From Candidatus Entotheonellaceae bacterium (lineage in GTDB: Bacteria > Tectomicrobia > Entotheonellia > Entotheonellales > Entotheonellaceae), in NCBI GenBank assembly GCA_965238075.1, contig OZ250173.1, forward strand, positions 2,304,001 through 2,368,000: 64,000 nt of DNA, given 5' to 3'. The notes below the pieces were generated by a model. That model was not told the DNA's origin. It did not search any database and saw only the letters and a program-made list of their open reading frames with translations. Position 1 is the first letter of the stretch. Each line of letters begins with the position of its first letter. Shown one piece after another: positions 9,785 to 19,504 of the stretch. The translations under genes were made by a program, and so were the position numbers.

Positions 9785-11182
9785 ATGGCCATCACATTCG
9801 GTATGCCCAGCCTCGGGCATACGATGGAAAAAGGCAAGATCATCGAGTGGCTGAAGCAGGAAGGCGACGCCGTGGCCAAGGGCGAGCCGCTGGTGGTGAT
9901 TGAAACCGACAAGGTGATTACCGAGGTCGAATCGCCTGTCGACGGCGTGGTGTTGAAGATCGCCGTTGGCGCCGAGGAGGAACGGCCGATCGGGTCACCG
10001 CTGGTGTTGCTGGGGTCTGCTGACGAACAGCTCAGCGAGGCTGATATTCAGCAGTTGCTCGGCGATGCGGCAGCCGAGGCGCCGGCTGCGGCGCCAACCC
10101 CGCCACCCGTGCCGGCTGCGGCTGCGCCAGGGAGGGCGGGGCAAGGCTTGCCAGCTCGGGCCTCCGGTGAGCGTGTGAAGATTTCCCCGATCGCCCGCAA
10201 GTTATGCGACGAGTTGGGCATCGATCCGGCCACCGTGACCGGCACCGGGCCGGGTGGCAGAATTACCCGCGAGGACGTGCAAAAGGCTGCGCAAGCTGCT
10301 CCAGCGCCGGCCGCTGCCGAGCGCGTCAAGATTTCTCCGGTGGCGCGCAAGTTGTGCGACGAGTTGGGTATCGATCCGGCCACCGTGACCGGCACCGGAC
10401 CGGGCGGCAGAATTACCCGCGACGACGTGCTGAAGGCTGCCGAGGCGGCGAAGGCGGCGCCCGCTCCGGCCGCCGCGTCGTTGGGTGCCGGCAGCACCGT
10501 GCCGCTGCGCGGCATGCGCGGGCGCGTTGCCGAGCGCATGTTCCAGAGCTGGAACACCATTCCGCGGGTCACCGAGGTCATGCTCGTCGACATGAACGCC
10601 ACGGTGACCTTCCGCCAGGCCATGCTGGGGCAGTGGGAACAGCAGTATGGGGTTCGCATTTCGTTGAACGACCTGATCACCAAGGCGGTCGCCGCGGCCC
10701 TGCGGCGCCATCCCAGGCTGAACGCCACCCTCGTGGATCAGGAAGTGCGCCTGCACGAAAGCGTTAACGTCGGTGTCGCCGTCAACCTCGATGAGGGGCT
10801 CATTGTGCCGGTGATTGCTGACGCCGACCGCAAGGACCTCGGTCAGATCGCCCATGAGAGCCGCGAGCTAGCCGAGAAGGCCCGCGCCGTGCCGATGCGC
10901 CTGTCGCCGGACGAGGTCAGCAACGGCACTTTCACCATTACCAATCTGGGCACTACCGGCATCGACCTTTTCACACCCATTATCAATCCGCCGCAGGTCG
11001 CCATTCTGGGGGTGGGCATGGTGCAACGCCGGCCCGTGGTCGTCGGGGACGCCTTGGCGATTCGCCCCTCGGTTTACCTCTGCCTGGTGTTCGATCACCG
11101 CGCCGTGGACGGCGTGCCGGCGGCCAATTTCCTGCAAGAACTGCAACGTCTGTTCGAAAAACCCCAGGAATTCTTACTCTGA
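9785..11182 (+). CDS. Dihydrolipoamide acyltransferase E2 with one lipoyl domain and two subunit-binding domains
   Basis: ETDKV lipoyl site, two ISP.ARKL..ELGIDP..V.GTGPGGRITR.DV domains, FDHRAVDG catalytic motif. Confidence 0.93.
   Translation: MAITFGMPSLGHTMEKGKIIEWLKQEGDAVAKGEPLVVIETDKVITEVESPVDGVVLKIAVGAEEERPIGSPLVLLGSADEQLSEADIQQLLGDAAAEAPAAAPTPPPVPAAAAPGRAGQGLPARASGERVKISPIARKLCDELGIDPATVTGTGPGGRITREDVQKAAQAAPAPAAAERVKISPVARKLCDELGIDPATVTGTGPGGRITRDDVLKAAEAAKAAPAPAAASLGAGSTVPLRGMRGRVAERMFQSWNTIPRVTEVMLVDMNATVTFRQAMLGQWEQQYGVRISLNDLITKAVAAALRRHPRLNATLVDQEVRLHESVNVGVAVNLDEGLIVPVIADADRKDLGQIAHESRELAEKARAVPMRLSPDEVSNGTFTITNLGTTGIDLFTPIINPPQVAILGVGMVQRRPVVVGDALAIRPSVYLCLVFDHRAVDGVPAANFLQELQRLFEKPQEFLL
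10169..10440 (+). repeat. Intragenic direct duplication (period 150 bp) of the E3/E1-binding domain
   Basis: Near-identical copies at 10169-10290 and 10319-10440. Confidence 0.9.
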
Positions 11183-11215
11183 GTCGGCGATGGGGGCTCG
11201 TATAACCGAGTCCCC

Positions 11216-12298
11216 TCAGCCGGCGTTCCCCTGCATGCGCTCGTAATCGCGCACAGCCTCCAGCACCTTATGGTTGGCCTTGGGGAGCGGGTAGGCGCCG
11301 ATGTCTTGCAGACTCACCCAGCGCACCTCGTCGCTTGTCAGCGCCTTGGCCTTGCCGCTGCGCCATTCGCAGTGATAGGCGGTCAGGGTGATTTTGAAGT
11401 GGGTGTAGCCATGCTCAACTCGACAGTATGGGAAGCCGACACGGACGCGCAAGCCGGTTTCCCTCCTGAACTCGCGGCGCAGCGTGTCGGCGGGGGCTTC
11501 ACCGGGCTTTGACTTGCCGCCCGGAAACACCCACAGCCCGCCGAGCATCTGATCCTGCCGCCGCCGTGCCAGCAGAAATTTTCCGTCCTTCCAGACGATC
11601 CCGGCTACGATCTGGTAATGCGGTACCGGCTTGCGGGCGCTCTTCACCGGCAACTCGGCGGTGCGTCCGGTCTGAAAGGCCACACAGTCCGCCTGCAGCG
11701 GGCAGGCTTCGCAGCGCGGCGCCTGCGGGCGGCAAACCAGCGCGCCGACCTCCATCATCGCTTGGTTGAACGCCGACGGCGGCGCCGCGGCGATGAAGGG
11801 CGTCAAGCGGGTCTGCAACTCGCTGCGCAGGCGGGGCTGGCGGATGTCGGTCTCGATGCCCCAGAAACGACAGAACACCCGCAGGACGTTGCCGTCGACC
11901 ACTGGCAACGGATGCCCAAATGCAATGCTGCCGACGGCGGCCGTCGTGTATGGACCGAAACCGGGCAGGCGGCCCAGCGCCTCGACATCTCCGGGCAATT
12001 CACCGTCGTGCTGCGCCACGAGCAGTTGGGCGGTCTTATGCAGGTTGCGGGCGCGCGAGTAGTAGCCCAGTCCTTCCCATAGCTTGAGTACCGCCTGCTG
12101 GTCCGCTGCCGCCAGGGTCGGCACGTCCGGGAAGGCCCGGACGAAGCGCTCGAAATAGGGGATGACGGTGTCCACCTGGGTTTGTTGCAGCATCACCTCG
12201 CTGAGCCATACGTAGTAAGGCCGGCTGTCGTCCCGCCACGGCAGGCGGCGTTGGTGCTGCCCGAACCAGTTCAGCAACCGTGTCACCCAATCGGTCAT
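11216..12298 (-). CDS. mutY: A/G-specific adenine glycosylase
   Basis: LPWR, WLSEVMLQQTQV, WEGLGYYSRARNL, LPGFGPYTT, VDGNV.RV, Fe-S C-x6-C-x2-C-x5-C, C-terminal NUDIX-like domain. Confidence 0.95.
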   Translation of the reverse strand: MTDWVTRLLNWFGQHQRRLPWRDDSRPYYVWLSEVMLQQTQVDTVIPYFERFVRAFPDVPTLAAADQQAVLKLWEGLGYYSRARNLHKTAQLLVAQHDGELPGDVEALGRLPGFGPYTTAAVGSIAFGHPLPVVDGNVLRVFCRFWGIETDIRQPRLRSELQTRLTPFIAAAPPSAFNQAMMEVGALVCRPQAPRCEACPLQADCVAFQTGRTAELPVKSARKPVPHYQIVAGIVWKDGKFLLARRRQDQMLGGLWVFPGGKSKPGEAPADTLRREFRRETGLRVRVGFPYCRVEHGYTHFKITLTAYHCEWRSGKAKALTSDEVRWVSLQDIGAYPLPKANHKVLEAVRDYERMQGNAG

Positions 12299-12341
12299 TG
12301 CGCTTCGTTCCTGATTTCCGACACGGTTATCAAAGGCAAGA

Positions 12342-12354
12342 GGCTTTGCACAAA
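12342..12354. repeat. GGCTTTGCACAAA end motif of a QRFDA cassette
   Basis: Identical to the terminal inverted repeats at 51637-51649 and 52303-52315; lies 3' of the paralogous gene. Confidence 0.7.
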
Positions 12355-12422
12355 ATGTCAGGCGTGTTTCACGCCGTTGCGGGCAGGAACCGTCTGAGTT
12401 GGATGAGCTTGCGGTGGGTTCT

Positions 12423-12759
12423 TCAGGGCGAGGGCGTGTCTGCAGCCTGAATTTGTTCCCGGATGACGTCAATTTCCCTCGTTCCTTGAAACGCGCTCGC
12501 TGATGCTGACGGAGAGCTTGCGGAGTTCGGAGACTTCCTCGGTGAGGCGGTCGATGCGCTTGTCCATCGCGTCAAAGCGTTGGTCGACGGCGTCAAAGCG
12601 TTGATTGATGTGTCTGTCCTGGGCATCAAAACGCTGGCTGATGAGTTCGTCTTGGGCGTCCAGGCGCTGATCGACGATGGTGACCAGTGCGGCGAAAGCG
12701 ACGATGATGGTCGCGATGGTGATGAGGGTGTCGCTGTGTTTCTCGATCCAGCTGGGCAT
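12423..12759 (-). CDS. Membrane-anchored coiled-coil QRFDA-repeat protein, copy 1; frameshift near 12476
   Basis: N-terminal TM helix, QRFDA repeats, ERVSRNEG then EIDVIREQIQAADTPSP in the +1 frame, matching copy 2; GGAGG SD. Confidence 0.75.
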
Positions 12760-12924
12760 GGAACGTAGCCTCCAAGGCCGGCCGCATGATTTGAGGGAGT
12801 GTATCACAGTTGGACTGGGGCGGGGAGCGCTGACGCCTCAACCGCAACACAGGCCAGCGAGCCCCTGCTATACTGGTCAAATTCGATTGGCAGACCAACA
12901 CGTTACGGAGAGAAAGGGACGCAC

Positions 12925-13995
12925 ATGCCACGCTTTAACCCGGCCGATCTGAGGACAGTCGGCTACACCCTGTTCGCCGCCCTCGGATGCCGGCCCGAGG
13001 ATGCCGAAGCAGTCGTCGATCACTTGGTCGAGTCCAACCTGTTCGGCCACGACTCGCACGGCGCCATTCGGTTTTACGAGTATGCCCAGGCGATCCGCGA
13101 GGGGCGCTTTCAGCCGCAGGCGGTGCCCAAGGTGGTGCGCGACAAGCCGTGCCTGGCGGTGGTTGACGCCGGCGGCGCCATGGGACAGGTGGGCGCCACT
13201 TTCGCCACGCGGCTGGCCATCGACAAGGCCCGGCAGCACGGCGTCGGGGCGGTGTCGCTGCGCAACACCAGCCACATCGGTCGGGTCGGTGCGTACCCGC
13301 TCATGCTAGCGCGCGAGGGGCTGATCGGGCAGATATTCGTCAACGCTGGGCACATGGGCCATCAGGCTGTCCCATTTGGCGGCATCGACGGCAGGCTGAG
13401 CACCAACCCGATTGCCTTCGCGGCCCCGCGGCGCGACGCCGAGCCACTGCTCGTGGACATGACGACGTCGGTGGTTGCCGAGGGCAAAATCCGCGTGGCG
13501 CTCAACAAGGGCGACCGGGTGCCCGAGGGTTGGATCATTGATTCGCAGGGCAATCCCACCACCGATCCGAAGGATTTCAAGGGCGACCCGCCGGGGGCCA
13601 TGTTGCCCATGGGCGGCGTCGTGGCCCACAAGGGCTATGCCCTGAGCCTCATGGTCGAGATTCTCGGCGGCGCCCTGAGCGGCCTGGGATGTGCCAGCGG
13701 CGCGCCCACCATGATCAGCAACGGCGTGTTCCTGCAGGCTTACAACATCGAGCATTTTGTCGACATGGAAGATTACTACCGCGAGGTGGAGTCGCTGATC
13801 GCGCACGTCAAATCGAGCCGCCTGGCGCCGGGCTTCAGCGAGATCATGTTGCCGGGCGAGCCGGAATTCCATAGCGCCGAGCGGCGCTCACGCGACGGCA
13901 TCGAGGTGGACGACACCACATGGTCGCGCATTTGTAAGGAGGCCGAGGCGGTCAACGTGGACGTAGGCCAGTGGGAGACCCTGCTGACCGCCTAG
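12925..13995 (+). CDS. Ldh_2 (malate/L-lactate/sulfolactate-type) oxidoreductase
   Basis: GHDSHG, HIGRVGAY, STNPIAFAAP, DMTTS, HKGYAL, LPGEPE. Confidence 0.9.
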   Translation: MPRFNPADLRTVGYTLFAALGCRPEDAEAVVDHLVESNLFGHDSHGAIRFYEYAQAIREGRFQPQAVPKVVRDKPCLAVVDAGGAMGQVGATFATRLAIDKARQHGVGAVSLRNTSHIGRVGAYPLMLAREGLIGQIFVNAGHMGHQAVPFGGIDGRLSTNPIAFAAPRRDAEPLLVDMTTSVVAEGKIRVALNKGDRVPEGWIIDSQGNPTTDPKDFKGDPPGAMLPMGGVVAHKGYALSLMVEILGGALSGLGCASGAPTMISNGVFLQAYNIEHFVDMEDYYREVESLIAHVKSSRLAPGFSEIMLPGEPEFHSAERRSRDGIEVDDTTWSRICKEAEAVNVDVGQWETLLTA

Positions 13996-14017
13996 GCGTC
14001 GAAGGGAGCCCGTGTGC

Positions 14018-15244
14018 TCAGCTTGGCAGCGGCGCGGCCACGGCCCGTTGCGCCAGCGGCTGCGGATACCAGTGATCCTCGTAATCGCTCCACAGGCCGC
14101 GCAGGTGCGGCATGACGTCCTGGGCAAAGCGCTGGGTGTTTTCGCGTGTCAGCTCGTCGCCCATGTTGCCGATCTGGCACAGCAGCATGGCATTGCCGAC
14201 GCGCATGCTGGTGAACGCCTCGCGCAGGGTGTCGCGCACGGTGGCGGCGCTGCCGGCCACCACGTAGCCGTGCTCAATGAAGTCCTTCCATTTCAACTGC
14301 TGGCGTGCCGCCGAGGCGATACCGCCGACTTGCGGGGTGAATCCCGCCCGCATGGTGGCCATGGTGCGGTAGCCTGGCGCGTCGGCGAAACCGGGGTGGA
14401 CGTGTAGGCAGCGGTTGAAGAAGTAATCGATGTGCGGTGCGTACAGCCGCTCGGCTTCCTGATCGCTGTCGGCCACGCAGACGATTTGCGCGTAGCCGGC
14501 GCGGTAGGGGTTGTCGTCCTTGCCGAGCGCCGCGGCCCGCTCCCAATAGCCGTCCATCACCTTCTGCGCCCGCTTGTAGCCGTAATAGCTGAGGTTGGAG
14601 TAGTTGTAGTCGTGCTGCAGGCAGAAGTCCCAGGTTTCGACGCTACCGCCGCCGGGAATCCAGATGGGCGGGTGCGGTTGCTGCAAGGGCCGCGGCCAGA
14701 TGTTCACATAGCGCAACTGGGTGTACTTGCCGTTGAAGCTGAACGGTTCCGGACGCGACCATGCCTGGATGATCAGGCGGTGCGCCTCGTCGTACTTGTC
14801 GCGTAGCGTGGCGGGTGGTTCCCCGTAGCAGAAATTGGTGTCCATCGATGTGCCGACCGGGAACCCGGCGATGAGCCTGCCGCCGCTCATCACGTCGAGC
14901 ATGGCAAACTCCTCGGCCACGCGAATCGGCGGGTTGTACAGGGCGATACTGTTGCCCATCACCACCAGCGCCGCCTTCGACGTGCGGCGCGTCAACGCCG
15001 CCCCCATGATGTTGGGCGAGGGCATGAGGCCGTAGGCGTTCTGGTGATGCTCGTTCACGCAGATACCGTCGAACCCGAGACCGTCGGCGAACTCCAGCTG
15101 ATCCAGATATTGGTGGTACAGATGGTGACCCCGTTCGGGATCGAACAGCGCACTCGGCACGTCCACCCACACGCTACGGTACTTGTCCTTGAAATCATCC
15201 GGCAAATCCGGGTACGGCATTAAATGGAACCAGTGAAAACGCAT
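14018..15244 (-). CDS. LLM-class (luciferase-like) flavin-dependent oxidoreductase
   Basis: GFDGICVNEHH, P.RVAEEFAMLDVMSGGRL, PRPLQQPHPPIW. Confidence 0.92.
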   Translation of the reverse strand: MRFHWFHLMPYPDLPDDFKDKYRSVWVDVPSALFDPERGHHLYHQYLDQLEFADGLGFDGICVNEHHQNAYGLMPSPNIMGAALTRRTSKAALVVMGNSIALYNPPIRVAEEFAMLDVMSGGRLIAGFPVGTSMDTNFCYGEPPATLRDKYDEAHRLIIQAWSRPEPFSFNGKYTQLRYVNIWPRPLQQPHPPIWIPGGGSVETWDFCLQHDYNYSNLSYYGYKRAQKVMDGYWERAAALGKDDNPYRAGYAQIVCVADSDQEAERLYAPHIDYFFNRCLHVHPGFADAPGYRTMATMRAGFTPQVGGIASAARQQLKWKDFIEHGYVVAGSAATVRDTLREAFTSMRVGNAMLLCQIGNMGDELTRENTQRFAQDVMPHLRGLWSDYEDHWYPQPLAQRAVAAPLPS

Positions 15245-15439
15245 GAACGGTTCTCTCTCTGTTAAGGTTATGGTAGCGGACTCGCGTGCCCGTTTGGCGC
15301 TTCAAGCCGATACAGGAGAACCCAGCACGGTATCGACGAGGTGGAGAGCAGCCCCATCCTACCAAAGAATAGGGAATGAGGCACAAGTGCGTGAAGCTTT
15401 ATTGACAACCGTAACGTTCTTATTTCTGGAGCCATCACC

Positions 15440-17815
15440 ATGACAGACAATCCCGATCACCTTTCCGGCATGCTGCAAGGCGTGCGCGTTCTGGAAGTCA
15501 CCGAGCCGCTGGGCGCTCTCGTTGGCCGCTTTTTGGCTGACCTGGGCGCCGACGTCATCAAAATCGAACCGCCAGAGGGGGATGGAGGGCGCCACGCCTC
15601 GCCGTTCGTCGGCGCGGGCGACGAGCGCCTCAGCCTGCCCTTTGTGCGGGCCAACGTGAACAAGCGCAGTGTCATTCTCGATCTCACGCAACACCGCGAT
15701 CAGGAACGCTTTCGCAGCTTGGCCGAGCGGGCCGACGTGGTGGTGAGCACCGACGGTATCGCCGCCTGGGCGGCCAGGGGCGTTGATCTGAACGCGCTGG
15801 CCACGGTTTACCCGCGCCTGGTGTGGCTGTCCATATCCACCTTCGGCCTCAGCGGGCCGCACAGCGGCTACGCCGGCAACAACATCATCGCCGAGGCCAT
15901 GGGCGGGCTGACGTACATTCAGGGCGACGATGCCAAGCCGCCGTGTGTGTCGCCGTGCGAGCAGGGCGTCTATCTGGCCAGCCTGCACGCCGCCTTTGGC
16001 GCCCTGATGGCGCTGTGGGAGTGCCGCGCCAGCGGTCGGGGGCAGCTGGTGGAGACGAGTGTACAGGAGGTGCTGGCTAGCCTGTATTTCCTGATCGTGA
16101 ATTACGGCTTGCAGAGCGACATTCCGTACCGCATCGGGGCGCGCAATTTCATGCCGCCGAACGGCTATTACCGCTGCCGGGACGGCCACGTGTTCATTGC
16201 CACCCTGATGTCGGGCCTATGGGAGAAGCTGGCCGGCGCGGTTGGCGATCCCCGGCTGGCGGATGATGCCCTGCGCAACGCCGATTACCGCAACGAGCAC
16301 CCGGAGCTGGTCGATCCGATTCTGGAGGAATTCGCGTCGGGTTTCGATCGTTGGGCGTTCACCAGTTTGCTGCAAAGCCACGGCGTGCCGGCTGCACCAT
16401 GGTCCAGTGTGGCGGACGTGGCGGACAACGAGCATCTACGCGCGCGCGAGTTTTTCATTGATTTCGAGCAACCGCCGGTTGGCCGCCTGCGCAGCGCCGG
16501 GCCGATGTTTCTCGCCCCTGCCGCGCCGCTGCGCATTCGGCGCCCGGCGCCGCGAGCCGGGGAGCACCAGGACGAGGTGCTGGCCGAGATTGAGGCGCCA
16601 CCGCAACGGTTCTCGACCCCTGCCGGGGGCATCGGGCGCCGTCTGCCCCTGGAAGGTATCCGCATTCTGGACCTCAGCCGCGCCTGGGCCGGCCCCTACG
16701 GAACCCGCTACCTGGCGGATTTCGGCGCCGATGTCATCAAGGTAGAAACCGGCAAGTACCCCGACGGACGGCAGCCCGACAACCCCGGATACGGCGAGGT
16801 CAATCGCAACAAGCGCTCGGTGACGCTGAATTTTCAGACGCCCGAGGGCCAGGACCTGCTGCGGCGTCTGGTGGCCGTCAGCGATGTGGTGGTCGAAAAT
16901 TTCAGTCCGCGCGTCATGGTCAAATACGACCTGGGTTACGCCCATCTGAAAGAGGTGCGGTCCGACCTCATCATGGTCAGCCTGCCGGGCTTTGGGCGCC
17001 AGGGGCCGCACGGCGGCTTCGTCAGCTTCGGCGGCCCGCTGATGGCCTATACCGGCATGTCGTACCTGTGGGGTCACCCCGACTCGCCGCCGAACGCGCG
17101 CGTGAAGGTGGCGCAGCCGGACTACATCGCGGCCGCCACACAGACGCTGGCGGTGATGGCGGCCCTCCATCACCGGGCGGCTACGGGCGAGGGACAGCAC
17201 ATCGAAATCGCCCAGGTGGAGACGACGATTGCCGCCATGGAACTGGTCTACCTCGATTACTTCGCCAACGGCACAGTGGCCGGGCCCATGGGCAACCGCG
17301 ATCCGAATGCGGTGCCGCAGGGCTGCTATCCGTGCCTCGGGCACGAGGCATGGTGCGTCATCAGCTGCACCACCGACGCGCAGTGGCGCACCCTGGCGAC
17401 AGTGATTGGCGGCGAGGCGCTGGCTGATGATGCCAGCTTGGCGACGGCAGAACAACGCTGGCAGCGGCACGACGAACTCGACGAGTTGATCGGCAACTGG
17501 ACGCGCGACCGAACCCCGTACCAGGTCATGCGCGACCTGCAGGCCGCCGGGGTGCCGGCCGGCGCCATGCAGACGTCTGAGGACCTATGGCGGGACGTGC
17601 ATCTGCGAGCGCGGGATTATCCGGTGATGATGGCGCATCACGACCTCGGCACCCTCGAGCACGCCGGTATGTCGGTGCGGCTGCACGCCACGCCGGGCCA
17701 GATTCAAAGACCCGTGGGGCCGATGGGCGAGGCAAACGCGGAGGTGTTTCACGGGCTCCTGGGGCTCTCGGAATCCGAACTCGGCAGGCTTATGGCAGCG
17801 GGCGTCATTGCGTAG
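15440..17815 (+). CDS. Tandem two-domain CaiB/BaiF CoA-transferase
   Basis: Two LxGxRxL(E/D)...GADVIK(I/V)E...NKRSV modules in 791 aa. Confidence 0.92.
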   Translation: MTDNPDHLSGMLQGVRVLEVTEPLGALVGRFLADLGADVIKIEPPEGDGGRHASPFVGAGDERLSLPFVRANVNKRSVILDLTQHRDQERFRSLAERADVVVSTDGIAAWAARGVDLNALATVYPRLVWLSISTFGLSGPHSGYAGNNIIAEAMGGLTYIQGDDAKPPCVSPCEQGVYLASLHAAFGALMALWECRASGRGQLVETSVQEVLASLYFLIVNYGLQSDIPYRIGARNFMPPNGYYRCRDGHVFIATLMSGLWEKLAGAVGDPRLADDALRNADYRNEHPELVDPILEEFASGFDRWAFTSLLQSHGVPAAPWSSVADVADNEHLRAREFFIDFEQPPVGRLRSAGPMFLAPAAPLRIRRPAPRAGEHQDEVLAEIEAPPQRFSTPAGGIGRRLPLEGIRILDLSRAWAGPYGTRYLADFGADVIKVETGKYPDGRQPDNPGYGEVNRNKRSVTLNFQTPEGQDLLRRLVAVSDVVVENFSPRVMVKYDLGYAHLKEVRSDLIMVSLPGFGRQGPHGGFVSFGGPLMAYTGMSYLWGHPDSPPNARVKVAQPDYIAAATQTLAVMAALHHRAATGEGQHIEIAQVETTIAAMELVYLDYFANGTVAGPMGNRDPNAVPQGCYPCLGHEAWCVISCTTDAQWRTLATVIGGEALADDASLATAEQRWQRHDELDELIGNWTRDRTPYQVMRDLQAAGVPAGAMQTSEDLWRDVHLRARDYPVMMAHHDLGTLEHAGMSVRLHATPGQIQRPVGPMGEANAEVFHGLLGLSESELGRLMAAGVIA

Positions 17816-17849
17816 CGCGCAAGCCTGGGGTGGCATGCGGCCGGGGGAA

Positions 17850-17922
17850 TGGAGAATGCGGGATTCGAACCCGCGACCTCCGCCTTGCAAGGGCGGCGCT
17901 CTCCCAACTGAGCTAATTCCCC
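17850..17922 (-). tRNA. tRNA-Ala(TGC)
   Basis: GGGGAATTAGCTCAGTTGGGAGAGCGCCGCCCTTGCAAGGCGGAGGTCGCGGGTTCGAATCCCGCATTCTCCA; CCA not encoded. Confidence 0.96.
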
Positions 17923-17965
17923 AACAGCAGGGTAAGGGGTGGACAAGGGAGTGAAGCAGGGGGGA

Positions 17966-18039
17966 TGGGCCTGGGTAGAGTCGAACTACCGACCTCACGC
18001 TTATCAGGCGTGCGCTCTCACCAGCTGAGCTACAGGCCC
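17966..18039 (-). tRNA. tRNA-Ile(GAT)
   Basis: GGGCCTGTAGCTCAGCTGGTGAGAGCGCACGCCTGATAAGCGTGAGGTCGGTAGTTCGACTCTACCCAGGCCCA. Confidence 0.96.
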
Positions 18040-18077
18040 CGGAACCATGTTGTCTTCGTGGTATAACAAGGAGGCAA

Positions 18078-18106
18078 AATCTAGCAACTCGCCCCGGATG
18101 TGTCAA
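18078..18106 (-). promoter_or_regulatory. sigma70 promoter of the tRNA pair
   Basis: TTGACA-N17-TAGATT, about 40 bp upstream of tRNA-Ile. Confidence 0.75.
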
Positions 18107-18193
18107 GCGCGTTCAGGGCCAACATCTCCAATCATATCCTCCAATGGAATGCCACATCATGCCCCCGAAAGGGCGGCTAAGGGAAGCGTCAGC

Positions 18194-19378
18194 ATGCCGC
18201 AGCCACGTCTGATTCTGCGCACAGGCCGCGAACAGCGCCAATTGCAAGGCCACCCGTGGGTCTACGAGGGCGAAATTGCCCGCGTCAAAGGCACGCCGCG
18301 CGACGGCGGGGTGGCGGATTGCTACAGCCACGATGACGTGTTCCTTGGGCGCGGCTACTTCAACAGCCGCTCCAAGATTCGCCTGCGGGTGCTCACCCGT
18401 CACATTGCCGAGGACGTTGACGACGCGCTGCTGCGCCGCCGTCTCGTGGCCGCGTTGGGGCGCCGACGGCGCCTGTACCCGGAGGCGACCAGTCTGCGGC
18501 TGGTACACGCCGAGGGAGACGGACTGCCAGGTCTGACGGTGGACCGCTACGGGTCGGCTCTGGTGCTGCAATATGCTTCGATGGGTCTTGACCGGCACCG
18601 GGAAACCATTGAGCGGTTGTTGCAGGAATTGACGGGCCTCGATTGCCTCTATGCGCGCAACGATCTGACACCGCGGCGTCTCGACGGCTTGGAGCTGGGT
18701 AAGGGATTCATCGCGACGCCGTTCGAGACCACCGTGTCCATACAGATGCATCAGGTTAGCCTCGAAGTGGACGTGGCCGGCGGGCACAAGACGGGGTTCT
18801 ATCTGGACCAGGCCGATAACCACCTCGTCCTGGGCGCCTTGGTTCCGGCTGCCGGCACGGTGCTGGATGCTTTCTGCTACACCGGCGCCTTCAGCCTGCA
18901 CGCCGCGGCGGCCGGGGCGGCCGAGGTGCTGGGCGTGGACAGCTCGACGCCGACCCTGGAGCAGGCGCGGCGCAACGCCGAATTGAACGGCCTCGGCGAC
19001 CGTTGCCAGTTCGAGAACGGCAATGTGTTCAACTGCTTGAGGCATCTGCAGCGGCAGGGGCGGCGGTTCGACGTCGTGGTGCTCGACCCGCCCTCTTTCA
19101 CCCACCAGCGCGGCGCCGTGGACAAGGCCCTCGACGGCTACAAGGAAATCAACCTGCAGGCGCTCAAGCTGCTGCGCCAGGGCGGCGTCCTGCTGACCTT
19201 TTCATGCTCGCACCACATTTCGCGCGAGCGCTTCGAGGCGATGGTGCAGGCGGCCGCCCGTGACGCCCGCCGACAACTCATCGTGCGGCAGCGTCTGAGC
19301 CAGGCGGCGCACCATCCGGAGGTCATGGCAATCCCCGAAACGAGTTACCTCAAAGGGCTCGCCGTCGAGTCGTGGTGA
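18194..19378 (+). CDS. RlmI-like class I SAM-dependent rRNA methyltransferase
   Basis: GHPWVY PUA domain, EGDGLPGLTVDRY, GHKTGFYLDQ, FCYTGAFS, LDPPSF, FSCS, PETSYLK. Confidence 0.9.
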   Translation: MPQPRLILRTGREQRQLQGHPWVYEGEIARVKGTPRDGGVADCYSHDDVFLGRGYFNSRSKIRLRVLTRHIAEDVDDALLRRRLVAALGRRRRLYPEATSLRLVHAEGDGLPGLTVDRYGSALVLQYASMGLDRHRETIERLLQELTGLDCLYARNDLTPRRLDGLELGKGFIATPFETTVSIQMHQVSLEVDVAGGHKTGFYLDQADNHLVLGALVPAAGTVLDAFCYTGAFSLHAAAAGAAEVLGVDSSTPTLEQARRNAELNGLGDRCQFENGNVFNCLRHLQRQGRRFDVVVLDPPSFTHQRGAVDKALDGYKEINLQALKLLRQGGVLLTFSCSHHISRERFEAMVQAAARDARRQLIVRQRLSQAAHHPEVMAIPETSYLKGLAVESW

Positions 19379-19504
19379 ACCCTTTTGCTCCGCCCGCGGC
19401 GGTTGGCCCGCCCGCGGCGAATTGTGTATAGTGGCTGGCCCGCCGCGACCCATACCGCCGTGCGGGGCGGATGGTGATTTCGTTGCCGAGACGGAGGACG
19501 ACGC

